Assembly: GCA_951406725.2 (NCBI GenBank)
Contig: OX597818.1
Span: 117,056,001-117,120,000 of the forward strand
Source of the DNA: Octopus vulgaris
Taxonomy: Eukaryota
Length of the DNA stretch: 64,000 bases
Reading direction: 5' to 3'
A model generated the notes under the pieces. It saw only the letters and a list, made by a program, of their open reading frames with translations. It made no database searches and was not told where the DNA came from. Made by a program: the position numbers and the translations under genes. Positions 12,918-27,526 of the stretch are shown here, piece after piece (within the stretch, counting starts at the first letter, position 1; every line of letters begins with the position of its first letter).

Positions 12918-13585
12918 GTATCACTTAGGTTTACGAGAGAGGGATGACCTCCCTTTGCAAATACCGTAAGGGCACAGAAAGTGTGCCTAGCCATAATGAG
13001 ATGGCTAGTATACTCTACAAGAAAAGAAGTCTTTCTAAAAATATATTTATAATGTGAAAATTTTACTTAAAATGCTATCGAATTTGCACGCGTGCGTAAT
13101 ACTCGTCTTTCGCTAAACCATTTTGCCTAACCTGGCCTATCCAGATTTTCAAGATATATATAACTATTATCTATTATAAGACACAAAAATGTCATTGGTA
13201 TGTACATATACTTTTCGTTATTTCGTATCCTGCTTTCTGTGTCACTTTATCTCTTTTGCCACACGCTCATTTTTAAAGTGTGCCACAAGGCCAGCGATTT
13301 CGGGGTATGGTTAAAGTAAATATGATCGACTCCAGTGCTCAACTGGTATCAATTTTATCGATTCCTAAAGGTTAAATGTTAACGTCGAGGTCAGCCAAGT
13401 TTTGAACACAGAAAGTAAAAACGGACAAAAATGTCGCTAGGGAATTTATCCGGCGGGATTGCATTACCGTCAGCTTACCGCCTTCAAACACACATATATA
13501 CCATGTTCATGTATTAACCTACCTACCTACCTACCTACCATTCCACGTTTCTAGCTCCCTCTGTTTATGTCTTCCCCCCTCTCTC

Positions 13586-13633
<48 letters not shown>

Positions 13634-13831
13634 TACATATATAATATCTATATATGATACATATATAATATATAATAATGTATTATATGTATATATTATA
13701 TATATATGTATTATACAGAGTGTCCACAAAGTCTGGGTCCATGGGGATTAACACATACTTTAAGAAATTATTATTTCTTATATTTAATTCTTTATGTTAA
13801 AACTTTATTTAATCCATGTACCCACATGGGG

Positions 13832-13895
<64 letters not shown>

Positions 13896-14496
13896 CATAT
13901 GTACATATGTTTATACATTTATGTGTAATATTTGTACATACAAATACGTGTGTATTGGTTTCAAATTTTGGGGAAAGGAGTAAGGCCATTTCATCGACCC
14001 CAGTGCTCAACTGGTACTTAATTTCTGGACCCCGATAAGGACGAAAGGTAAAGTTGACCTCGGTGGAATTTGAAATCAGAACGTAACGACGAACCAAATA
14101 CTGTTAAGCGTTTTAACGATTCTGCCAGCTTGCAGTTTTACAAAAACCTATATATTAATATGATGTCCTTGATAGTATATATTTCTTCGACCTCACTTCC
14201 TGCTTTTATGATGTAACGCAAACTGTGCAATAGCAAGTTAATCGTATGTTATCGATATTTCTTCATTTCATTGTTTTTGCAGAGATTAAATTCTATATTT
14301 GTTTGAAAATCGATTATCGAGTATTTTTCTACCTAATTGTTTATTTTCATAGCTAGAAATAGTTCGGTATTTCAGGATGGAATAATTCGTTTTAAAGATT
14401 GATTCCTTCAGTACCAGGTTTTAAGACTTAATAGCATATTTATATATTTAACATATATACACACGCATACGTGCGTATATATTGGGAAATATACAC

Positions 14497-14534
<38 letters not shown>

Positions 14535-14606
14535 TCAGCATCTATATTTACGTGAATATGTACGTGTATATGTACGTGAATGTATGTCTGTATTTAAATA
14601 AATATG

Positions 14607-14648
<42 letters not shown>

Positions 14649-15003
14649 TATGTGTATAAACATATACATATTTATTCATGCATACATACAAACATATATA
14701 CAAACACACACATCTATGTATGTATATATAAATAAACATATATATGTGGTATGTGTGCATCAGAATGTGTTAGCCTGGATATTTGCGTGTTGCTGTCAGT
14801 TTCACTCTGTGGATTTTCTCATCACTCCATCCAGCAATGCAATACATGTATTTTCTGGAATAATCTAAACAAGGAAAAGAAATGCGGTAAGATTTATAAT
14901 GAAGATTTTTGTAGTTGAAATTATAATATGAACAAGTAATCCATTTTCAATTTGTATTCAGTGGAATCATTACGAACATATTTACCTGTAATATGATTAA
15001 ACG

Positions 15004-15303
15004 TGGAGGCACATGGCCTAGTGGTTAGAGCAGCGGACTCGCGGTCGAGGAATCGCGGGTTCGAATCTCAGATCTGGCGATGTGTGTGTTTATGAGCGAA
15101 ACACCTAAGCTCTACGCAACTCAGGCAGGAGGTAATGGCGAACTTCTGCTGACTCTTTCGCCGCAGCTTTCTCCCACTCTTTCCTTCTGCATCTTGCAGC
15201 TCACCTGCGACGGACCGGCATCCTGTGCAGGTGGGAACCTATGCACCAAGGGAATCAGGAAACCGGAGCTTATGAGCCAGGCATGGCTCGTGAAGGAACA
15301 AAC
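15004..15303 (+). mobile_element. tRNA-derived SINE family C
   Basis: Head TGGAGGC..ATGGCCTAGTGGTTAGAGCAGCGGACTCGCGG with A box and B box GGTTCGAATC; multiple copies in the window. Confidence 0.85.
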
Positions 15304-15710
15304 AATATGATTAAACAATATCAGTGTTTTCAAAAAATGTATTTATTAAAGGAGACATTAATTTTCTCTTGCAAATATTCATGCATGTTTTTAGATTATG
15401 ACACCTCTTTGAGTTCTCGTCAACCTTATCTTCCAAATTATATTTCAGCCGAGAAGAATATGAAGGACGAGCCGATGAAGTATCCCAAGCATAAATTTTA
15501 CGACCAACTACCGACTCCGAAATCATTTCGATTGTCTTTGATGAAATAAGTTCTAGCAAGGAATTAGCAATGAATTGGTGAGCCTTAGAATCGTGAAGTT
15601 AAGACTTTTTTCTTGTAATAAGGGAGGTACTATGATCGTCTCCGAACTTTCTCACATTCTGTCTATGTTACTTTGAAGGGAGTTATGTTTTGTTATATTA
15701 TTTTCAGATT

Positions 15711-16015
15711 GTGGAGGCGCAATGGCCTAGTAGTTAGGGCAGCGGACTCGCGGTCGGAGGGTCGCCGTTTCGATTCCCAGACCTAGCGTTGTGTGTGTGT
15801 TTATTGAGCGACAACACCTAAAAGTTCCACGTGGCTCCGGCAGGGGTTGGTGGCGACCCCTGTTGTACTCTTTCACCCTAACTGTCTCTCATTCTCTCAT
15901 CCTGTTTCTTCAGTAACGCTGCGATGGACTGGCGTTCCGTCCAGGTGGGGGGAACACATACGCCACAGAAACCGAGAAACCGGTGCCATGAGCCTAGGCT
16001 TGGAAAGAGCGACAA
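15711..16015 (+). mobile_element. SINE family C
   Basis: Same head and body as 15004. Confidence 0.85.
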
Positions 16016-16513
16016 AGACAAAGGTTTTTTTTTCTCAGACTAACTATCCCAAAAGAACACTTCAATAACCTTTAAAATTGTTTCAGGTAAATAAAAAATG
16101 TATAAAAAATCCCGCTATTTGCCTCTCGCAAAACTCTGATTGTTTCTGCACAGCTAACTTTGCAATTCTTCCAAAATTGAATTTGAACAGAAAATGTTAC
16201 CATTGTTTCAAGTCATCTATGCACTGAATAATTTACCTGAACAAGTACATCAACAGTTAAAATTCACATTTAGCAGAAAATTTCATCAATGTTTAGAGGC
16301 ATCCAATGACTTGTTCCAGTCTTACTAAACGGCATGAGCGTTGTATAATCCACGGAGGAATTCTTTCATTAAATGCCACAAAGAAAAATAGTTACTATTT
16401 GTTTTACTTGTGTAATATACTTAATCAAAATATCATCAACATCTTATAATTGCTCAGATATTTACCAGTACCTGTAGAAAACAACAATATCATTGTGATA
16501 AAGATAGACAAAA

Positions 16514-16694
16514 GGCGCAGGAGTGGCTGTGTGGTTAGTAGCTTGCTTGCCAGCCACATGGTTCCGGGTTCAGTCCCACTGCGTGGCACCTTGATGCAAG
16601 TGTCTTCTACTATAGCCTCGTGTCTTCTACTATATATACGAAGCCCATCGTATATATGTATATGTATATATAAATGTATATGTATATATATATA

Positions 16695-16729
<35 letters not shown>

Positions 16730-16937
16730 TTGTGTGTCTGTGTTTGTCCACCCAACATAGCTTGACAACCGATGCTGGTGTGTTTATGTCCCCGTAACTT
16801 AGCGGTTCGGCAAAAGAGACCGAAAGAATAAGTACTAGGCTTACAAAGAATAAGTCCTGGGGTCGATTTGCTCGACTAAAGGCCGTGCTCCAGCATGGCC
16901 GCAGTCAAATGACTGGAACAAGTAAAAGAATAAAAGA
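16514..16937 (+). mobile_element. SINE family A
   Basis: Homologous to the 11260 copy. Confidence 0.9.
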
Positions 16938-16991
16938 TTTCAACACGGTTTTGCAGTTGAAATACGATTTACTTTGGTGATATCAACAACA

Positions 16992-17088
16992 GTCATATTC
17001 TAATATTCTAATATTCTAATATCATATTCTAATATCATATTCTAATATCATATTCTAATATTCACCAACAGTCATATTATAATATTCT
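16992..17088. repeat. Short minisatellite of ATATTCTA / CATATTCTAATAT units
   Basis: Direct 8- and 13-bp tandem units. Confidence 0.85.
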
Positions 17089-17411
17089 CTGATTACCTGG
17101 TATGTTTTATCCAACAAGGCTACATCCATAATAGTGCCCCGCCTTCAATTTAATTATCACATTATCTCTCTGATAAGCCAGCAAATAAAATTTTACAATA
17201 TCAAAATATTACTTCTTCAGGTAACTAATATGCTTCTCATGAAGTTAGGAAAGATTTAATTTGTGATTCTCCCCACGTCACTACATCATAATTATCTTTA
17301 TCTCGAAGTTATTCCTGATCAGAATATTCATTTAAGAAATAAGCATTTCACTGAGTTTATAAAGTTACGAAACCAATGTGGCAGTTATTCCGTCTTTTCT
17401 AGTACCATACC

Positions 17412-17827
17412 TATTTCTTTACTACCCACAAGGGGCTAAGCACAGAGAGGTCAAACAAGGACAGACAAATGGATTGAGTCGATTATATCGACCCCAGTGT
17501 GCAACTGGTACTTGTTTAATCGACCCTGAAAGGATAAAAGGCAAAGTCGACCTCGGCGGAATTTGAACTCAGAATGTAACGGTAGACGAAATACCTATTT
17601 CTTTATTACCCACAAGGGGCTAAACATAGAGGGGACAAATCAAGGACAGACAAACGGATTAAGTCGATTACATCGACCCCAATGCGTAACTGGTACTTAT
17701 TTAATCGACCCCGAAAGGATGAAAGGCAAAGTCGACCTCGGCAGAATTTGAACTCAGAACGTAACGGCGGACGAAATATCACAAAGCATTTCTCCCGGCG
17801 TGCTAACGTTTCTGCCAGCTCGCCGCC
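17412..17827 (-). mobile_element. SINE family B head-to-tail dimer with TSD
   Basis: Two ~185-bp bodies and one head (GGCGGCGAGCTGGCAGAAACG), flanked on both sides by TAGTACCATACC. The central GTCGACTTTGCCTTTCATCCTTTCGGGGTCG resembles a Nin/Deu-type SINE domain. Confidence 0.9.
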
Positions 17828-18407
17828 TCTTTTTAGTACCATACCAATTTTAAAAAATAATATGCCAGGCCAGGTAAAACAGACACGTATTAACAATTCT
17901 TCTGAGCACATGGACTTCGAAACGCAAAGTAACTGAGGCATTCATTAGTAAATTCAATCTTCAAAGCAGTGAATATTTTCTGACATTTAGTGAAAATTGG
18001 AATTAAAAACACAATTTTTTTTTCACCTTCATTACCAATAATGTCCACTGTTATATTTTCTACTCCAACCAGAATCTTAACAAACTGAGGAAAAATAGAA
18101 ATAACACAAAAATTTACATCGATGATATTGCTATTCCAAACACATAATACTCCGTGAAATATTTAATGGCAAATTTTTTAAAATTCAACTTAACTTTTTT
18201 CTTACAACTGTCACTTTTCATTATAAAATTTCTCGTACATTGTAATGCGTGTCAGAAATATGACTAACACATCTTTGATAAAATTTGTTGGGTTAGTGAC
18301 CTGTTTTCCGAAAAACTCTTTAAATCTTGTCTCTCCTAAGTTTAACAAAGTTTATGACCGGTAGGTGCTTACTGAGCGTTTTACATTATGTAATTATGTA
18401 TATGCAG

Positions 18408-18571
18408 ATGCACAGGAGTGGTTGTGTGTCAAGAAACTTGCTTCCAAGCCACATGGTTCCGGTTTCAGTCCCACTGCGTGGCACCTCGGGCAAGTATTTT
18501 CTGCTATAATCTAGGGCCAACCAAAGCCTTGTGAGTGGATCTGGAACACAGAAACTGAAAGAAGCCCATCG

Positions 18572-18614
<43 letters not shown>

Positions 18615-18823
18615 ATATATTTGAGTCTGTGTTTGTTCGCCCACCACCATCGTTTGACAATCAATGTTGGTTTGTTTATGTCCCTGTAACTTAGCGGTTC
18701 GGCAAAAGAGAGCGATAGAATAAGTACTCGTCTTACAAGAATAAGTCCTGGGGTCGATTTGTTCGATTAATGGCGGTGCTCCATCATGGCCGCAGTCAAA
18801 TGACTGAAACAAGTAAAAGAATG
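18408..18823 (+). mobile_element. SINE family A
   Basis: Homologous to the other family A copies. Confidence 0.9.
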
Positions 18824-19799
18824 AAAAAAATAATAAGAATGTTTTGTCATGCCACGTGTATTAGATTTCTATAATTTTAAATTCCATATACGGTCTACAT
18901 ATATTATCATATCCATCTTCACAATTATACCTTCCTTCGCTCTCTCAAATATATAATTACTAATATTCATACAAAAACAAAGAGGAAAAACAGAAGGGTT
19001 AAATGAGAGGCTACACGTATAACACATAACTTAGAAGTAGCGTTAAGGATGTGCCAGCGTACACGAGATTGAGACATGGCCGACCTCACGCACTTCTCGT
19101 GAGGAATTCCGAGAGGAGCTTCGTGAGACCACTGCTGAGACGCTTCCGAAAAAAGAAAAGAAGAGCCGTTGGATTACCGATTATAGCAGCAACTCCATCA
19201 ATTCCTAGGGCTATCTGAAGAAGGAATTTTATTCCGAAATATTATACCAGACTATGGATGATTAAAGTACAACATTTATTATAGTCCATTGTTCGTATTG
19301 TGGCGCATTGTTGTGTCATTCGAAATATTTTATTCCATACATTGTTAATTTCACATCTTCACATCACAGCATATAATGTGTGAAATTACAATATTTGAAA
19401 TTCTAGTAAATTGATTATACCTATTTTCCCCTGATGATATTTAAAATTCATTGTAATCCTATTAGATAAATAATTACTTATTAGGTCTTCCCTGAAATAC
19501 TATTTACGTTAATCTGCGTCGTAATTGTTCCAGAGAAAATTTGTTAGACAGCCATTAAAAGATAATATATTCTGCTACTGTTTAGGTTCAATTAATTGAA
19601 TTTCTCTTTCCTACTTGTTGTTTTGAAGGCACGTAGATTTCTATACTAGACATATATAAAATAATTTGTTGTTCTAGCTCTGTGTAGTTCGTACATAATT
19701 TGTTTGTCACTTTAGGAGTAATCTTAAAGAGAAGAAAGGCAATTAAGAACACGAGTATCATGCTAGACGCAGATGGTGAAGTAAGAGGATTAATACAAA

Positions 19800-20080
19800 C
19801 TCAGACGTATCAATGAATCAGATAGAGTACGGCACACCGAAATATATAGTAGGATTATTATAGACAAGATAAAGAGAAGATATGGGAAGATTATAATAGA
19901 GGATTTAGATCAATAATTATAACGAACTCATTTATGGAATTAGTTTATTTCTCATGACTATCCACTGATTTTAGCTGTAGTTTTAAGGAGAGTTTAGAAG
20001 AAAATGGAGTACAGCATGGAGGAATTACAGCCTACCACGCACAAGCAAATGTTACAATTTTGAACAGAATAATTGCCAAA
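19800..20080 (+). pseudogene. Possible decayed LTR-retrotransposon (Gypsy-like) integrase fragment
   Basis: Translation LEENGVQHGGITAYHAQAN resembles the integrase G..H..T.YHPQ.NG motif; only this one motif is seen. Confidence 0.35.
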
Positions 20081-20082
20081 TA

Positions 20083-20208
20083 GGCGCACGAGTAGCTGTG
20101 TGGTAAGTAGTTTCCGGGTTCATTCCCACTGCGTGGCACCTATAGCCTCGGGACCACCGAAGCCTTGTGAGTGGATTTGGTAGATGGAAACTGAAAGAAG
20201 TCCGTCGC

Positions 20209-20239
<31 letters not shown>

Positions 20240-20241
20240 CG

Positions 20242-20305
<64 letters not shown>

Positions 20306-20502
20306 TCTGCGTTTGTCCCCCTACATCGCGTGGCAACCGATGGTGGTGTGTTTGCGTCCCCGTAACTTAGCGGTTCGGTAAAAGTAACCGATAGATTAAG
20401 TACTAGGCTCACAAAGAATAAGTTCTGGCGTAGATTTGCTCGACTAAAGGCGTTGCTCCAGAATGGCCGCAGTCCAATAACTGAAACAAGTAAAAGAGTA
20501 AA
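20083..20502 (+). mobile_element. SINE family A (with internal deletions)
   Basis: Homologous to the other family A copies. Confidence 0.88.
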
Positions 20503-21028
20503 GTGTTCAAATTATTTATTACGCTGCGGAAGAGAGAAAACAGGCAGGAACACAGAGACGTTGAAATTCCTGTTGTTCTACAAAAAACTCAGCTCATTTA
20601 TCAACTAAACGACCAGCATCGCTCGTACTCTTATGTGGTCTCTCAAATTCCTCTATATCAAATTCCCCTGACAGACGAAGAAAAATTGAAAGATGCTGGA
20701 TAATGACGAATGGAAAACAACGTATAACTTGTAAAAAACTAAGATTAGTAACAGCCAAAGCGCTTTACGCTGATCGGTTAAATATTAAAGCTTACATATA
20801 CAGATTGCAGATTATATCATGTAAAGAATTTGACAGAAATTGCCAACTGAAGTTACATTTGTCTCAATTTGTCGTTATTCAGAAAAGCATTGGAACGATT
20901 TACGTTTCCTATCTAAATATGGTGAAAATATCCATATGCTGTTTATCTTACGTCAAGTTATGTACTTCTCGCGAGGATATGAAAAGTAGATTTAAATGAT
21001 GACGAGTTGTTTCAACACAATAATTCAG

Positions 21029-21403
<375 letters not shown>

Positions 21404-21643
21404 GACTGACGTGTTGTCACATCGGCCCCGAAGGTAATCGTTTATTTTGACTATTTATAGCCCGCATTTTGTGTACAATTTTGTAAATAAGTTGTGTAAA
21501 GCACCCAACTTTCGTTTGAATGCTTTTCCAAGGGAGGAATTCGCCCCCAGGGGCAGTTTCAACCCTAATCAATTTGTATATTTTTCTTGTCGACATTAAA
21601 AAATGTCGAGAAAATTTATTGTCGACGCTGTTCAAATTCCTTC

Positions 21644-21814
21644 ATGGACCAGCATTTCTCTAGCCTTGAAACGCTAAGAGAAAAAAAGAACTCCTGCACG
21701 CACACACATTCGAATAGAACAGACATGACCAGCAAGACATCAAAGACAAACCTAAGTGACGTGGAAGTGAACGCTGCAACCACTTTCGTTAACAGCCCTG
21801 TCACCACCACCACC

Positions 21815-21846
<32 letters not shown>

Positions 21847-23549
21847 CAAGAACGAGACTACCACTGCTACCACCACCACCACCAACATAAATGATAAAAA
21901 TGAAACTGACACAAATACCATTAACAACAACAACAACAACAAGAATAACAACAACAAAAATGAAATAAATATTATATCATCCAATAGTGAAGATATTATT
22001 AACATTACAGAAACAGCAGTACCTGAAAAAGCCACGTCCAAGAATATTTCGGATACAACAACAACAAAAACACACAACGACAACAACTGTCAGAATAGGA
22101 CAGTGAATTTCGCTGACACCCTGCGTCAGAAAAAATAAATAATAAAATTTACAAATGAAGAGTTGATAGAAACGAGAGCACTCTTTACAAACTCAGGGCA
22201 GGATTTAGTATTGCATACACCTCAACACATAAAGGAACAAATAGAAAACAAAACGATTATATATAAAATTATATTAAAAAAATAAACAGATAACAAAAAA
22301 GGACATAGAAAAGTGTGCAAAAAACATCATGAAAAAAAAGAATATATATAAACTGAGGTCCCTAGTTTAATACAGTGGTGGTCCGCTTCCCTAACCAGGA
22401 AGTGGCAAAAGCTCACTCTACGGAGACTTTACAAAATGATGAAATCATCATGATTCTGTATTACAAAGGACAAAGAGTGAGCAAAATTAGAATTAAAAAT
22501 GTCCCAACAGATATACCACCCAAATGGATAACATCGGCGATATGTTACCATTTAAAAACGATAAATATATTAGAAATCGCCGTGTACAAAAATGACAATT
22601 GGGGTCGTAAATCGATAGAAGTTACCATCCAGATTGATGGGTCCTCTATCGAGAACCTATCTGATAGGATTCATTCAGAAAATGGGCAACGCCTATATGT
22701 TGTAGCAGGAGGGAAAAAGCCAAGATGCTACAGCTGTGGCAGCCCAGAACACTTAATTGCAAAGTGCGTTCTAGGACAGAAAAAACAAGGAAGAACAAAT
22801 CAGAAAACAAATAAAAAACACTTGCTACCAACACCAACACCACACTCAATTATGGAACAATGCCAAGAAAAGAAACAGCACCAACACAATTACCGTTGAC
22901 GTCGCAACCAATTAAAGATACTGAACCAACACCAGCACCAAGGACGACATCTAAAAAAACAGAAAGCAGTGACGAGAAGACAAATTCTACCCTTAACACC
23001 ACAACACATACACCGCACAAAATATCAACAATTTCTACAAACATACTTATTAACGCAAATGCTTTGCCTTTACCTCCTTCTGATTCGTCGGACTCGTCGT
23101 CCAACGACGAAAGTTCGACGGAATGGCAAATAGCCACAGGTGGTAAAAGGAAAAGATCGAAAAAGCCCACCAAACAAGTAAGTAAAACAGGGAGATATAT
23201 AACTCCGGACAGCATCCCCTTAGACAATCAAAAAATCAATGACCCCGCAAAACCACACACACAACTATCAGCAATAGACACAGACAATAAAAAACTAATG
23301 GATTACATTGCATCCAACAAGAACATCTGTGAAGATGACTTTAAGACAAATAATCATCCGCGCACTACACCACCGAAACACCTAAGAATTGTACACATAA
23401 CACAAACACAACACAATACACTGAAAACCATATTTCCAAATGCGGTAGGGGGGTTTCAAAGATACCTATCAAAAAAACTATTCAAACACCTCCTCAAAGA
23501 CACAACAAAAAAAGAAGAAAAAATTGAAACTTTCGAAATGAGTAAGTGA
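21644..23549 (+). pseudogene. LINE ORF1 (gag-like, zinc knuckle), broken by stops and frameshifts
   Basis: Fragments 21587-22138, 22375-22899 and 22860-23549; CYSCGSPEHLIAKC is a CX2CX4HX4C knuckle. Confidence 0.8.
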
Positions 23550-23615
23550 CCTTCCCTCTTGCCTCTTGTCTCTTCCAATATAGTGTGTGAAACACAAATT
23601 TCTTAAGCGTCAATT

Positions 23616-26600
23616 ATGCTTAAATTAGGTTGTGTGAATGTGCATGGCTTGGCGTCGGCTTGGAAACAAGGTTACCTTCTAAACAACATCAAGTCACTGA
23701 ACATGGATATAGTAGCTATCAGTGAAACCCGACTCAGCAAGTCATGGGCCCTCGCGTCCATGTTTGGCGATCAATTCGACATTTATTTTTCTCCCTGTCT
23801 GCCGAACATGGGTGGTGGAGGTACCGCGGTGCTTTTTCGATAGAGTCTAAATGTAAAAGTAAGAACAATATTCCTAGACCCGGGGGGTAGGCTGGTTGAC
23901 TTGGACGTGGATGGCAGAAATGGGTTTGCATTCCGTCTGATGGCAGTTTATGCACCGTCCTTAACGGGTCGGACGTATTTCTTCAGACGTCTAGAGGTTT
24001 TCCTGGGTACATCTAGACCTTTACTGTTAGTAAGGGATTGGAACGCTACCTTGGACACGCATCTAGATTATGTGGGAATGGATAGGAATAGAAGGAGGTG
24101 TAAGTGCCTCAAAGACCTACTCAGACGTTTCCACTTGTCTGACAGGTTCCGACTTGACCATCCGAACGTGCCAACGTGGACTTGGACAAACCGCGTCGGA
24201 TCGTCGAGATCTTATCTAGATAGAATTCTATGCAGGACAGCGGATAGGGATAGTGTAGGATGTCCACAATTTAAAATGGTCAGCTACACAGATCACAAAT
24301 TTGTGACGTGTACGCTCGACTTAGATAAGACACATAGATAGGGTCCCGGTTACTGGAAACTGAACACGTTGCTCTTAGCGCGACAGGTTTACAGGAACCG
24401 GATTAGCGAGTTAATTAAGAGGGCGCTGGCGGGAGCCGTCGTTAGCAACCGCTGGTGGTTCGCCCTGAAAATGGCAATAAAATCGGAATCAATTAGGTTT
24501 AGCAAGGAATTAGCGATAGATCGAAATATAGTAGAGGGAGACCTGGTTAAGAATCTAGAAGAGGCACTTACCACTGGCTGCGCAACCAACTGCGAGGATG
24601 GCCCTCGACCAACACCTCAACGCCAAGCACGAAGGTTGCGTCGTCAGAGCTAAAATGCGTGCCTTAAGGAAGGAAGGGATCGAAGCTGCGCGAGAGGCCC
24701 GGGTAGCGGAGGCGCAACGTGGAAACAGAGCCACCATTCAGTCTCTAATAGATCAACAGGGATGCAGTTTACTCGAACCCGAAAGGATGTGTGAGGCCTT
24801 TCAACAGCACTTTGCTCGACTGTTTGGTGCGAGTGGTGGGTCGGAACGCGGGATGGATTTCAGTGCCTACCTGACCGACCTGCCACGGCTCTCGGCAAAA
24901 GAAGCGGAGTGTTGTGAAAGTCTCGTCACAGCCGCTGACGTGCGGGATGCGATGGCGGGCTGCGCGAGGGATAAGTCGCCTGGATTGGGTAGTTTACCCT
25001 ACTAGCTGTATTGTCAAATGCCAGACTTGTTTGGCGACCTCTTGGCATCAGTCTACTGCAACTGGCAACAAAACGGGAGAATCCCCGGTTTCGTGAGCCG
25101 AGGTGCAGTGACGTTGCTGAAGAAAGACCCAAACAAGGGGAATTTTATAGATAATTTCAGGCCCATCACTCTGCTCAACGCAGATTTGAAAATTTTGGCC
25201 AAAGTAAGCCGAGAGGTTAGCGCTTGTCATTGGTAAACTGGTCGACAGGGGGCAAACATGCGCCGTGCCGGGCAGAACCATACATGACAACCTCCATCTG
25301 ATGCGCTACATTGTGGACAGAGTAGTTAAGGATCCTGGCATGGGTGGGGCGCTGATCAATTTGGATCAGTCTAAAGCCTTCGATAGGGTCGACCATCGGT
25401 ACTTGGCGGCCGTCCTCATGGCGGCTGGCTTCGGTCCCGTCTTCCGCTGTTGGATCGCTGCCTTGTATAGCGGCATCCGATCGGTGATTCGAGTGAACGG
25501 TCACCTGTCGAAACCGTTTGACATCACGCGTTCGGTCCGTCAGGGGTGTCCCCTGTCGGCGCTTCTGTATGTATTGACTCTCGAGCCGCTACTGCGGAAG
25601 CTGGCGACACTGAGGGGCATCCCACGGGAACTGGGTTGCGGGACGAGCGTGTCGGCATATGCGGACGATGCCACCGTCATAGTGTCGAGCGAAAAACACA
25701 TCCAGATTATAGGCGAGACACTAAGAAAATACGAAACGGTGACGGGAGCGAAAATTATCCCGGAAAAGTCAGTGGGTTTGCTACTAGGCACCTGGAGGAG
25801 CAAGCCCATACCGTCCGACTGTGGCTCAGTAGTGGGACGCTGGACGGACGGACCGGTTAAATTGCTCGGGGTCTGGTTCAGTCCGGACCTCCAAATGGAT
25901 AAGAACTGGGACGAGATCACGAATAGAGTGGTCGCTCTCAGCCAAACATAGGCCGAGAGAAAGCTGTCTCTAAAAGGTCGGGCGGAGGTGGCGAACGCGT
26001 ACATCGCATCCGTCATCGATTACCGCCTGACCGTCGTGCCTTGTCCCGACGCCACTATAACCAAACTGGAACGCATACTCTTCGGCTTCCTGTGGATGGG
26101 TGGCGTTCCGATGGTGAGGAAGTTCATTTGCTGTCAACATCCGTTGAATGGAGGACTGGTCATGCCGTGGTTGATGATGCGCAGGCATGCGCTGAGACTG
26201 CGACATCTCTGGAACTTCATCGATGACGGTGAACAGGTGTGGGCGCCGTTTGTGAGGCGCACCTTCCCGCAGCTGGTCTCACTGACCGAATTGCAAATGT
26301 GAATCAAGAAGAGACCGAAACTGGGCGATTGGCACCGAGAGTGTCGCCAAGCTCTACAGCAGCTCTGCCGACCGGGGTCAAACTTGTGCAACTTACTAAC
26401 GACTAAAGCGTTTTAAAGAGGACTAGTGGAGGGGAGGTCCGACGACACACTCGGGGCAAATCTGGGCGTCGACGAGAAATTCCTAACCCGCCTGTTCAGG
26501 ACGACGTTCGGGCCGGGGCCTATGGATAACTTCCAGAAATGCTTGGCAATGCTATCGAGACGCACTACCTGTTCGAGAGAAGAGCTACAGGCACGGTTCG

Positions 26601-27041
26601 AAAACCATCACCGGACCGACCTGCCCGAGATGCGGTCAGAGCGACGAAACCATTCTGCATGCACTCGTGCAGTGTCCAGATATTTCAGAGCTGTGGACCT
26701 TCGTCGAACAGCTGTTGTCGCGTGTAGGACGGGCCCGCTTATCGGCCGAGTCTATCGTGAATATTGTTCCACCACCTTCCTTTAAACGGGAAGGGAAAAC
26801 GGTTTTCGTTACGCTGATGGCTATGGCGAAAGAATGTGTGTGGTGGACGCGTTTGAAAGGACTTCAAACAAACACCTTCCTCTCTGGTTCGTCTCTCGTC
26901 AACTTTTTCAAGTACCACTTGTAAAGGAGGATGAGAATAGAGAGGAAGGATTTGTCGAACGGAAGTTTTAATAAAAAATGGGTAAAAGTGGTAAAAATGG
27001 TCAGTATGAAAGACGACACTATTTTAAGCGTAAATCTGTAA
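23616..27041 (+). pseudogene. LINE ORF2: AP-endonuclease + reverse transcriptase + C-terminal Cys/His domain, with multiple stops and frameshifts
   Basis: APE motifs NVHGL, ISET, DWNA, SYLDRI, TDHK. RT motifs FRPITLLNADLKILAK, LDQSKAFDRV, RQGCPLS, AYADD. Confidence 0.93.
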
Positions 27042-27157
27042 CCAAAAGAGACAACGAGAGGTAAGGTGACTTACTCATGTGTTCATTTTCGAACTGTCTG
27101 AGGTGACCTTGGTCTTTTTTGTAGGTTTTTCTTTCCAAGGCTACACCTAAACTGTGA

Positions 27158-27190
<33 letters not shown>

Positions 27191-27343
27191 CCTTTTTATA
27201 CACCACACAACCCACAGATCCCTATTGATCGAAGGTTTTTTTTTTGTCTGTCCCACCCATCCCACCTCGAAAAGAAAAAAACTCTACATTGTATTTCGTT
27301 CATTTTTATTCTGTGTTTAGCCCTGTGTGGCCACAATAAAAAG

Positions 27344-27344
<1 letters not shown>

Positions 27345-27410
<66 letters not shown>

Positions 27411-27451
27411 CCTACCTACCTACCTACCTACCTACCTACCTACCTACCTAC

Positions 27452-27486
<35 letters not shown>

Positions 27487-27487
27487 A

Positions 27488-27526
<39 letters not shown>
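27345..27526. repeat. (ATCT)n/(ACCT)n microsatellite, 3' flank of the LINE
   Basis: Direct inspection. Confidence 0.97.

Larger units (their letters stand above)
12289..13016. mobile_element. Retrozyme-like insertion: inverted, circularly permuted multimer of a 357-nt hammerhead-containing unit
   Basis: TSD ACAAGAAAAGAA at 12277-12288 and 13017-13028. The unit 12620-12976 restarts at 12977. 12289-12620 is an inverted copy in a different permutation. Confidence 0.8.
21404..27344 (+). mobile_element. Full-length, disabled Tx1/L1-clade non-LTR retrotransposon inserted in (ATCT)n
   Basis: 5' UTR, ORF1 with CCHC knuckle, ORF2 APE-RT, and a 3' UTR ending AATAAAAAGTT directly into ATCT repeats. 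Both flanks are (ATCT)n. Confidence 0.92.

Noticed and set aside
15004-15075. tRNA genes at SINE heads
   Set aside because: A and B boxes are present, but each continues into a shared SINE body and I could not fold a full cloverleaf.
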